Shown piece after piece: positions 19,392 to 27,388 of a stretch of DNA of 64,000 nt (the first letter of the stretch is position 1; the number at the start of each line of letters is the position of its first letter). The DNA comes from an uncultured delta proteobacterium. GTDB lineage: Bacteria > Desulfobacterota > WTBG01 > CAIYCZ01. The position numbers were made by a program, and so were the translations under genes. The notes below the pieces were generated by a model, which did no database searches, was not told the origin of the DNA, and saw nothing but the letters and a program-made list of their open reading frames with translations. Location: positions 128,001 to 192,000 of the forward strand of contig CAWDOY010000047.1 in NCBI GenBank assembly GCA_963803975.1, read 5' to 3'.

Positions 19392-22195
19392 CTGCCGGTC
19401 CCGTCAAGTGATGCGAGAACCGCTGCGCACCGCTCGCAGGCTGCAGGGTGTGCTGCGTGCGCGCCAACGCGGGGAGAATATTTCCAGCAGCGACCGCACT
19501 TTTCCCCGGCAGCAGCAGTAATCTCTACCTCGCCATCAGCAACCAGGTTTTCAAAGGAAGCATCGCCGCCGCCTTCTTTTTGTTTGAGGGTGACCTGGGA
19601 AACGATAAAAAGATCGGGGAGTTCCTGCTCGTATTCCTGCAGCCGGAGGTACAGCTTTTCCTGAACACGCAGCGCCACGCATGCCTCAAGGGCATTGCCG
19701 ATCTTTTTTGCGGCGCGCGCCTCCTCCAGACTTTTGAGCACCCGGTCCCGCACCTGCAGCAGAATACTCCAGCGCTCTGCTATCCCACGGTTATTATAGT
19801 GCTCCGGCAGCACGGAAAAAGACGCAAGATGCACGCTCTCTGCCCTGCCGGCCTGATGCGGAAGATACTTCCAGGCCTCATCAGCAGTAAAGGAGAGTAT
19901 CGGCGAGCAGAGCCGCAGCAGGCTTTCAAGCACCATATGGAGCACGGTCTGGGCAGCACGCCGCGACGGGTCAGCGGGGGCTGAGCAGTAGAGGCGGTCC
20001 TTTAAAATATCGAGATACACCGCGCTCATATCATTAATGCAGAAGTTGCTGATGCTGTGGTACACGGTATGAAACTCATATGCCCGGTACGCTTTAAGCA
20101 CCCGGGCGGCAAGCGCCTGCAGCTGATGCAGTGCCCACTGGTCAAGCTCCGCAAGGTTTTCATACCGGACGCTGTGCACCGCCGGGTCAAAGTCACAGAG
20201 ATTGCCGAGCAGGAACCGGCAGGTGTTTCTGATTTTTCGATACCCTTCAGAAAGCCGCTTCAGAATGTCGGGCGATATGCGCATGTCCTCACGGTAGTTT
20301 TCCGAGGCTACCCACAGGCGCAGCACTTCTGCGCCATACTGCTTGATGACCTCCTCCGGGGAGATCACGTTTCCTTTGGACTTGGCCATCTTTTCGCCTT
20401 TGCCATCAACCACAAACCCGTGGGTGAGCACCGCGCGATAGGGCGCGCGGCCCCTGGTGCCGACACTTACCAGAAGTGAGCTGTGGAACCAGCCCCGGTG
20501 CTGGTCGCTTCCTTCCAGGTACAGGTCAGCGGGGCTGCCAAGCTGGGGCCTCTTTTCAAGAACCGCTGCATGGCTCACGCCTGAGTCAAACCACACGTCA
20601 AGGATATCAGTCTCTTTTCTGAACGCACCTGCCCCGCACTGGCCGCACTTCACGCCCGGCGGGAGCAGCTCGGATGCTTCACGGGAAAACCAGACGTCAC
20701 TGCCGTGCTCATCAAAGAGATCTGCCACATGGTTGATGACCGGGACTTCAAGCAGCACCGCGTTGCAGTCGCTGCAGTAAAAGGCCACAATCGGCACACC
20801 CCAAACCCGCTGCCGTGATATACACCAGTCAGGACGGTTCTCGATCATGCCGTACATGCGCTCCCGCCCCCACGGCGGAATCCAGTCCACCTGCTGAACG
20901 CAGTCAAGCGCCTTTTTCCGCAGGTCATTTTTTTCCATGGATATGAACCACTGCTCGGTGGCGCGAAACACCACCGGGTTTTTGCAGCGCCAGCAGTGGG
21001 GATAGGAGTGGACAATCTCCTCCTCTTTCAGCAGCGCGCCCGCTTCCAGCAGTTTTTTATTAACCGCGGCGTTGGCGTCAAACACAAACTGGCCGCCGAA
21101 AAACTCAACCTCGGGGACAAAGCGGCCGGCATCATCCACCGGCGCGTAAATATCCAGATTATATTTCAGCCCGCTCTCATAGTCTTCCTGTCCGTGTCCC
21201 GGAGCTGTGTGGACACAGCCGGTGCCCGCATCCAGGGTGACATGGGAGCCGAGGATCAGCAGCGACTCCCGCCCGTAGAGCGGATGGCGGCACTTCATTC
21301 CCTCAAGGACGGCTGCGGAAAAAGTTTCTTTAACTGCAAAGTTTTCGATGCCCAGCGTGAGCATGGTCCGCTGCAGCAGGCCCTCGGCAACGATAAAAAC
21401 TTCGTCCCCGGCCTGTACGGCAACATAATCAAAGTCCGGGTGCAGGCAAATGGCCAGGTTTGCCGGTATGGTCCATGGCGTTGTCGTCCAGATAACGACC
21501 GAGACCTTCTCCCCTTTCAGTAACGGCAGCTTGCTGCTGATATCTGAAATGAGCGGAAACTTTACATAGATCGACGGTGAGCGGTGTTCCTGGTATTCAA
21601 CTTCAGCCTCAGCCAGCGCCGTCTGGCAGGACGCGCACCACTGAATGGGCTTCTTCCGTTTATAGACAGAGCCGGCCTGCACAAATTTGCCGAACTCCCT
21701 GACAATAGTGGCCGAGTAATCCGCGCTCATGGTGAGATACGGGTCAGCCCATTCCCCGAGCACGCCGAGGCGCTTAAATTCCTCGCGCTGTATGCTCACG
21801 AACCGGGCGGCATATTCTCTGCACAGCTTCCGCACTTCCACCTTGGGGATAGAGCCCTTCTTTTTTCCGAGCTCCTTTTCCACCTGCAGCTCGATGGGCA
21901 GGCCGTGACAGTCCCATCCCGGCACATACCTGGTCTGGTACCCGTCCATGGTCTTTGATTTTATGACAATATCTTTCAGGATTTTATTCAGAGCAGTGCC
22001 GATATGAATATGCCCGTTTGCATAGGGCGGACCGTCATGAAGGATAAATTTTCTGCTGCTGTTATTGAGCGCAATAATTTTTTCATAGAGCCCCGTTGCT
22101 TCCCACTTTTTCAGCATCTCCGGCTCCTTGACTGCAAGGCTTGCCTTCATCGGGAAATCAGTTTTGGGCAGATTTATGGTATCCTTATAATCCAT
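19388..22195 (-). CDS. ileS: Isoleucyl-tRNA synthetase (type 1)
   Basis: HDGPPYANGHIHIGT, EGSDQHRGWF, KMAKS, C-terminal Zn finger. Confidence 0.97.
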   Translation of the reverse strand: MDYKDTINLPKTDFPMKASLAVKEPEMLKKWEATGLYEKIIALNNSSRKFILHDGPPYANGHIHIGTALNKILKDIVIKSKTMDGYQTRYVPGWDCHGLPIELQVEKELGKKKGSIPKVEVRKLCREYAARFVSIQREEFKRLGVLGEWADPYLTMSADYSATIVREFGKFVQAGSVYKRKKPIQWCASCQTALAEAEVEYQEHRSPSIYVKFPLISDISSKLPLLKGEKVSVVIWTTTPWTIPANLAICLHPDFDYVAVQAGDEVFIVAEGLLQRTMLTLGIENFAVKETFSAAVLEGMKCRHPLYGRESLLILGSHVTLDAGTGCVHTAPGHGQEDYESGLKYNLDIYAPVDDAGRFVPEVEFFGGQFVFDANAAVNKKLLEAGALLKEEEIVHSYPHCWRCKNPVVFRATEQWFISMEKNDLRKKALDCVQQVDWIPPWGRERMYGMIENRPDWCISRQRVWGVPIVAFYCSDCNAVLLEVPVINHVADLFDEHGSDVWFSREASELLPPGVKCGQCGAGAFRKETDILDVWFDSGVSHAAVLEKRPQLGSPADLYLEGSDQHRGWFHSSLLVSVGTRGRAPYRAVLTHGFVVDGKGEKMAKSKGNVISPEEVIKQYGAEVLRLWVASENYREDMRISPDILKRLSEGYRKIRNTCRFLLGNLCDFDPAVHSVRYENLAELDQWALHQLQALAARVLKAYRAYEFHTVYHSISNFCINDMSAVYLDILKDRLYCSAPADPSRRAAQTVLHMVLESLLRLCSPILSFTADEAWKYLPHQAGRAESVHLASFSVLPEHYNNRGIAERWSILLQVRDRVLKSLEEARAAKKIGNALEACVALRVQEKLYLRLQEYEQELPDLFIVSQVTLKQKEGGGDASFENLVADGEVEITAAAGEKCGRCWKYSPRVGAHAAHPAACERCAAVLASLDGTGR

Positions 22196-22234
22196 TCAAT
22201 TCTTCCTCCGTAGCAGGATATATCCATGACAGTA

Positions 22235-22430
22235 CTATCAGGTAGTTGAAAAAGTGGTTTTATCCCAGGCTGGTCAAAAACATTCAGATGCAAGGCGCGC
22301 GAAATCTCGAGGAATGAGGCGTACTTCACGGTACGTCGCAATGACACCCCTCTTCATCCCCCCTTGCCAAGGGGGGACACGGGGGGTAGAAGATAACGCA
22401 GCAGATGGGTGTTTTTCAACAGCCTGATAG
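22235..22430. mobile_element. MITE-like element, copy 2, with nested GC-rich palindrome at ~22346-22387
   Basis: Ends ctatcagg / cctgatag; shared internal sequence with copy 1; insert acccctcttcatccccccttgccaaggggggacacggggggt. Confidence 0.75.
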
Positions 22431-22582
22431 CAGGCCGTAAAAATTACCATATACGGGCACAAAGTCAAGGGAATAGCGTGCAGAAATGGTTCTGCCAATA
22501 ATCCTGGACATCTCATTTAAATTATATTATTAGTTTTTCTGATAACAAATAGTAATATAAATACAGCTATATATTTGAAGCA

Positions 22583-22647
22583 ATGCGCCGTCTAATCTGT
22601 CATTCTACTTTTATTTTTACTTTAGGTACTCTGCCAGTGGTCCGTGA
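22583..22647 (+). CDS. Putative Phe/Tyr-rich attenuator leader peptide (MRRLNLSFYFYFYFRYSASGP if one A is restored)
   Basis: Codons TTC TAC TTT TAT TTT TAC TTT AGG TAC at 22603-22629, TGA 22645-22647; ATG 22583 is out of frame by one base. Confidence 0.65.
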
Positions 22648-22753
22648 GTAGCGGAGAAGATACTACCAGGCCATGGGCAGAGTTTACCCGCTGCCCATGG
22701 CTTTTTTTATAATTGAAAAAGCCATGGAACCAGATCGTTCATGGCTTTTTTTT
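22625..22753 (+). promoter_or_regulatory. Transcription attenuator with antiterminator and two tandem terminators
   Basis: T1 gccatgggcag/ctgcccatggc+T7 (22670-22708); T2 aaaaagccatggaac/gttcatggc+T8 (22716-22753); competing pairings 22625-22640 with 22671-22688 and 22695-22706 with 22716-22727. Confidence 0.7.
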
Positions 22754-22871
22754 ATTTACGTAACGGTTTCAAACCCAAGCACTCAGAGAAAAACTCTATA
22801 TACAATAATTTCTCAGAGTCCTGTGGTTATAGTTTGACAATACTTTGTTTGAGCAGAAGGAGGATACACAG

Positions 22872-23902
22872 ATGATCATAGTTATGAAGGCCAAAGCATC
22901 CGAGAAAGAACTGCAGGAAGTGCTCAACACCATTAAGGAGTTCGGCTACCAGCCGCACCCGATCTATGGAACAGAACGAACCGTAATCGGTGCGGTGGGA
23001 AGCGAGCGGGGCAAGGAAAAACTGCAGGCGCTGGAAATGCTTCCCGGGGTGGAAAAGGTGGTTCCCATCCTCCAGCCCTACAAGCTTGCGAGCCGTGAGG
23101 TAAAACCCGAGAAGTCGGTCATCGCCATCAGCGATACCGTGCAGATCGGCGGCGATGAGGTGGTGGTGATTGCCGGCCCGTGTTCCATAGAAAACGAGCA
23201 GCAGATCATTGAAACTGCACGTGGCGGTAAAGGATGCCGGGGCAACCATGCTGCGCGGCGGAGCATTCAAACCCCGCACCTCACCCTTACAGCTTCCAGG
23301 GCCTTGAGGGAGAAGGGCTTGTGCTGCTGGATAAGGCGCGGCAGCTTACCGGGCTTCCCGTGGTCACGGAAATAATGAATCTCGAAGACATAGAGCTGAT
23401 TTCAAATCACGCGGATATCCTGCAGGTGGGAGCGCGCAATGTTCAGAACTTTGCCCTGCTCAAAGCCCTCGGAAAATGCAGCAAGCCGATCCTGTTGAAG
23501 CGCGGCATGATGACCACTATTGAAGAGTTCCTGATGTCAGCGGAGTATATCCTGTCGGAAGGCAACCAACAGGTCATTCTGTGCGAGCGCGGGATACGGA
23601 CATTTGAGACCGCCACCCGCAACACCCTTGACCTGAGCAGCATCCCGGTGCTGCGGGAGCGCACCCATCTCCCGGTCATTGTCGACCCCAGCCATGGGAC
23701 CGGCCACTGGAAGCTCGTTGCCCCCATGTCGTTTGCGGCAATTGCCGCAGGTGCTGATGGCCTGATGATAGAAGTGCATCCCCATCCTGATCATGCCATG
23801 AGTGACGGTGTCCAGTCGCTCAAGCCCGGTAAATTTGCAGAGATGATGCAGCGGCTGGTTCCGTTTGTAAAGGCAGCGGGAAGAACGATACGGGAAGGGT
23901 GA
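22872..23902 (+). CDS. aroF: DAHP synthase type I-beta with N-terminal regulatory domain, indels near 23220-23280
   Basis: MIIVMK start; [49 protein letters not shown]. Confidence 0.92.
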
Positions 23903-23964
23903 ATCAAGGGGTAGGTGAACCCGCTGCGCCAGAGCGGCAGCGCGGCGAGCCGTCGCGTCGGTGC

Positions 23965-24089
23965 AAGAGGTTAAAAGGTCAATAGGTTACGAGGTGAAAA
24001 GGTAAAAAGATGAAAAGACAAAGAGGTGCAACAGGTTCACTGTAATCCTACACCTTTTAGCCTTTTAACCTCTGTAGCTGTTAACCTGT
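23965..24089. repeat. Inverted array of ~8-nt AAAAGGT/ACCTTTT-like units between convergent genes
   Basis: aagaggttaaaaggtcaataggttacgaggtgaaaaggt ... accttttagccttttaacctct. Confidence 0.6.
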
Positions 24090-25127
24090 TTAGTAGATTG
24101 TCTTTACTTTATATCCGGCAACGAGCTGCATGGTTACCGGCATGCCGTTTATTTCCGCCAGCAGTTTTGCCTGCTGCTCGCTGCCGAAGGTCTTTTTAGC
24201 GATAATGGTAAACGTGTCACCCTCTTGCGCAGTATATATTTTTATGTGGCGTAAATTCTCTTTCGGGCCGTAGGCAAGCCCCTCAAGGTAGTCCTTGTAC
24301 CGGTCAGATAATATCTGGCCCTTTGCAGCACGGCCCGGCACTCCTGCCTGGGGTCCGTTATTGATCTGCTGCATGGCATTATTCATGGCCAGCATAACTT
24401 TTGACTGCGCTGTTGACCGCTCGATACGGTTCATCATATCCGGGTGCGTTGAGTTATACACCTGATCGCCGATGGGACCCTGCGTTATCCGGGAGAGATT
24501 TTTCTGGAACGACGCCATCTGTTCCGGGTCATAGCCTGCCTTGCTCATGTAGGCAACACCCTGCTCATCTGCAATATATTCCTTCTCCCGGCCGAATCCC
24601 ATCATGACAGAGTTGAGCAGCATACCGGTTGCTTGCGCAACATCAGCTCCTCCCGGTGCTGCAACGCCTGCAAGCACTGCAAACTGGGCAAGCATCGATT
24701 GCGATATCTGGTTTGCGCTGTCTCTGCCGACGACATGCCCGATTTCATGGCCGAGCACTCCGGCCAGCTCCGCCTCGCTGTTCAGGTATGCAAGCAGCCC
24801 GCGGGTGATGTAGATGTATCCGCCGGGAACGGCAAATGCATTTTCCATCGGGGTATCGAGCACGGCAAAGTGATAGGTAATATCCTTTCGCTTGCAAACA
24901 GCCACCAGCTTCTGTCCTACTTCGTTTACATAGCGCTGCAGATCTTCATTCTCATAATAACCGAACTGCTTTATGATTTCCGGGTGTGCCTGCCTGCCAA
25001 TATTGTGTTCGCGTTCCTCGCTCACGATGTTAAATTCGCTCTGCAGGGTTACGGGATTGACCATGCACCCCGTCAGCACCACCATAAAAGCCCCTAATAC
25101 TATGAGCGACAGCTTAGATGCCTGCAT
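24090..25127 (-). CDS. M48 family Zn metalloprotease lipoprotein with C-terminal LysM-like domain
   Basis: Lipobox LTGC, NAFAVPGG, HEIGH, STHP, C-terminal YTAQEGDT..IA. Confidence 0.85.
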   Translation of the reverse strand: MQASKLSLIVLGAFMVVLTGCMVNPVTLQSEFNIVSEEREHNIGRQAHPEIIKQFGYYENEDLQRYVNEVGQKLVAVCKRKDITYHFAVLDTPMENAFAVPGGYIYITRGLLAYLNSEAELAGVLGHEIGHVVGRDSANQISQSMLAQFAVLAGVAAPGGADVAQATGMLLNSVMMGFGREKEYIADEQGVAYMSKAGYDPEQMASFQKNLSRITQGPIGDQVYNSTHPDMMNRIERSTAQSKVMLAMNNAMQQINNGPQAGVPGRAAKGQILSDRYKDYLEGLAYGPKENLRHIKIYTAQEGDTFTIIAKKTFGSEQQAKLLAEINGMPVTMQLVAGYKVKTIY

Positions 25128-25240
25128 AATGATAGCGTAGATTACCTCCTTAGTGCCTGCTGTAATTTTAATAATCATTATAATTATATTATAGCACGTT
25201 TTTTACCAGCTTCAAATAAGCGTTTCTCCCGTGAAACACT

Positions 25241-25972
25241 TCAATCGCGCCTGCCCTTGTGCATATTGTTTCCGATCTCTTCCATCAGCTCAAGCTGTAT
25301 CTCCTGGATCTCAAGCAGCCGCTGCCATTGCCGCGTGACCAGATGATCCATTTTTTCATGCAGCTGCCTGATTTCCAGCTCTGCCTTCAGATTAACCTGA
25401 TAATCATGCCGGGAGCGAAGCCGGTCTTTAGCTTCCTGGCGATTCTGGCTCATCATAATGATGGGGGCTTGAATGGCGGCGATGCATGAAAGGACCAGAT
25501 TCAGAAATATGAACGGATACGGATCAAGCGGCTGTCTGAAAAAAATATAGCTGTTGCCGCCGATCCATAAGAGTATGAAGAAAAAAAAGATACCAATAAA
25601 TTCCCAGCTTCCGCCAAACGCTGCTAATTTATCTGACCAGCGCTCGCTCAGCGTAAGCTTTTCTTCATATTCAAGATCTATGTCCCGGGAAAGAAGCTCC
25701 TGTTCTTTTATGCTCTGCACCACCTCCATTTCCAATGTTGAGAGTTCACCCTTTTCCGCTTTTACTTCCTGCTCAACATACTGGTTTCTGAAGCGGTTCA
25801 GATCAGCAAGGCAGATGAAGCTGTCGGCTGACCAGTCAGGACATTGATGCTTTATCAGTTCCATGATTGATTCACGAACTGCTTCAGCAGGCAACACGTC
25901 GCTCAGTTTTTTCTCTTGCCTGCAGCACTGGCATTGAACTGTTCGCTGCTTTTGCCTTGGCATTGCGTTCAC
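25241..25972 (-). CDS. DUF1003 membrane protein
   Basis: FGGSW, DPYPFIFLNL, APIIMMSQNRQ, DYQVNLKAELEI. Confidence 0.88.
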   Translation of the reverse strand: MNAMPRQKQRTVQCQCCRQEKKLSDVLPAEAVRESIMELIKHQCPDWSADSFICLADLNRFRNQYVEQEVKAEKGELSTLEMEVVQSIKEQELLSRDIDLEYEEKLTLSERWSDKLAAFGGSWEFIGIFFFFILLWIGGNSYIFFRQPLDPYPFIFLNLVLSCIAAIQAPIIMMSQNRQEAKDRLRSRHDYQVNLKAELEIRQLHEKMDHLVTRQWQRLLEIQEIQLELMEEIGNNMHKGRRD

Positions 25973-25993
25973 CGGATTACGAAACTGATGGGT

Positions 25994-26029
25994 AAAGCCC
26001 CCCGCATTACTTACAATACGGGGGGCTTT
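25994..26029 (-). terminator. Hairpin terminator after small basic peptide gene
   Basis: aaagccccccg / cggggggcttt. Confidence 0.65.
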
Positions 26030-26038
26030 GATTACTTT

Positions 26039-26131
26039 TTACTTTTTACAGCCACATCCTTTTTTTGCTGTTTTAGCTGGTTTCTTTGCTGCTTTGACAG
26101 GTTTCTTTGCGGTGCTTTTTGTTGCGGCCAT
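26039..26131 (-). CDS. Small Lys/Ala-rich peptide, 30 aa (MAATKSTAKKPVKAAKKPAKTAKKGCGCKK)
   Basis: Strong RBS AGGAGG upstream of ATG 26131; own terminator; too short for the ORF track. Confidence 0.7.
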   Translation of the reverse strand: MAATKSTAKKPVKAAKKPAKTAKKGCGCKK

Positions 26132-26334
26132 GGGTTCCCTCCTGTAAATCGTTATGTTGTTTAGCTGATTGTTTTGTGCTTCAGTGCACAGGCTTGTTAT
26201 GAAAAACTTTATCAAACCAATGATGCTATGTCAATAAAGCTCATGGTTTTGCCCGTTGATTTTTTTCTTCTTTCCTGATAGGTACAGAGAGGCCTGACAT
26301 ACTTATGCTGCAACAAAAAAATAGAAGACTTGCA

Positions 26335-27372
26335 ATGCACATCAGAGAGCAGTTGGAAGCGATTGAAAAAAAGACCCTGGCACCCCAGGCAGCGCTGAGC
26401 TGCAACAGCAGGGGCAGGCTCATGGCGGAAGACGAATGCGACCTGCGCCCCGCGTTTCAGCATGATCGTGACCGCATCATTCATTCCAAGGCGTTCCGCC
26501 GTCTGAAGCACAAAACCCAGGTATTTCTCGCCCCCAGCGGTGATCACTACCGGACTCGCCTCACCCATACGCTTGAGGTTTCACAAATTGCCCGGACTAT
26601 CGCCCGGTCACTCTTCCTTAATGAGGATTTGACTGAGGCTATCAGCCTCGGCCATGACCTTGGGCACACGCCGTTCGGCCATGCGGGTGAAGCGGTGCTG
26701 GACAAAATCATGCCCGGGGGATTTCGTCATCCTGAGCAGAGCCTGCGGGTGGTGGATGAGCTGGAAAAGCTCAATCTCACCCATGAAGTGCGGGAAGGCA
26801 TACTGAAGCACTCAAAACGGGAGGGAGAAATTCTGCCCGATGACCCGGAACTGATTCCCGGCACGCTTGAAGGTCAGATCGTGCGTATCGCCGACACCAT
26901 TGCCTATATAACACATGATCTGGATGATGCGCTGCGGGCAGGGCTGGTGACTCATGAAGACATCATGGACGGCGCGCGCGACATTATCGGAATTCTCGGG
27001 ACCACCAGTTCGCAAAGAATTGACACCATGGTGCGGGATATTATTACCACTACGCAGAAGAACAACCTGGAGAAAATTTCGGTAAGCCGGGAAGCGATTG
27101 AAGCGGCACGCAAGCTGCGCCGGTTTCTAAACGACCGGGTCTATTATCTTCCGGGGCTGCTGCAGGATTTTACGCGGGCGTCAAAGATCATTACCGAGCT
27201 CTTCGATTACTATCTGCAGCACAGTGACCGCTTCTTCCAGGAGGCGGGGAAAAGCCCTGACACTGAAGATCTGCATATCCAGGTCTGCGATTTTATCGCC
27301 GGCATGACCGACCGTTACGCCTTCAGCACCTATGAAAAAATTTTTCTTCCGCAGCCCTGGCTTATCCTGTAA
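26335..27372 (+). CDS. dgt: Deoxyguanosinetriphosphate triphosphohydrolase-like HD protein
   Basis: FRRLKHKTQVF, RTRLTHTLEV, HDLGHTPFGHAGE, DFIAGMTD. Confidence 0.92.
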   Translation: MHIREQLEAIEKKTLAPQAALSCNSRGRLMAEDECDLRPAFQHDRDRIIHSKAFRRLKHKTQVFLAPSGDHYRTRLTHTLEVSQIARTIARSLFLNEDLTEAISLGHDLGHTPFGHAGEAVLDKIMPGGFRHPEQSLRVVDELEKLNLTHEVREGILKHSKREGEILPDDPELIPGTLEGQIVRIADTIAYITHDLDDALRAGLVTHEDIMDGARDIIGILGTTSSQRIDTMVRDIITTTQKNNLEKISVSREAIEAARKLRRFLNDRVYYLPGLLQDFTRASKIITELFDYYLQHSDRFFQEAGKSPDTEDLHIQVCDFIAGMTDRYAFSTYEKIFLPQPWLIL

Positions 27373-27388
27373 CCTTGTCTGCTGCAGC

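Noticed and set aside
22196..22440. T-box riboswitch upstream of ileS
   Set aside because: No T-box consensus seen; the region is explained by the MITE copy also found at 15992.
15885..22516. ORFs 15885-16139 and 22274-22516 as proteins
   Set aside because: They are translations through the MITE copies.
26335..27372. Defensive dGTPase
   Set aside because: Short housekeeping-type Dgt in a core-gene context.
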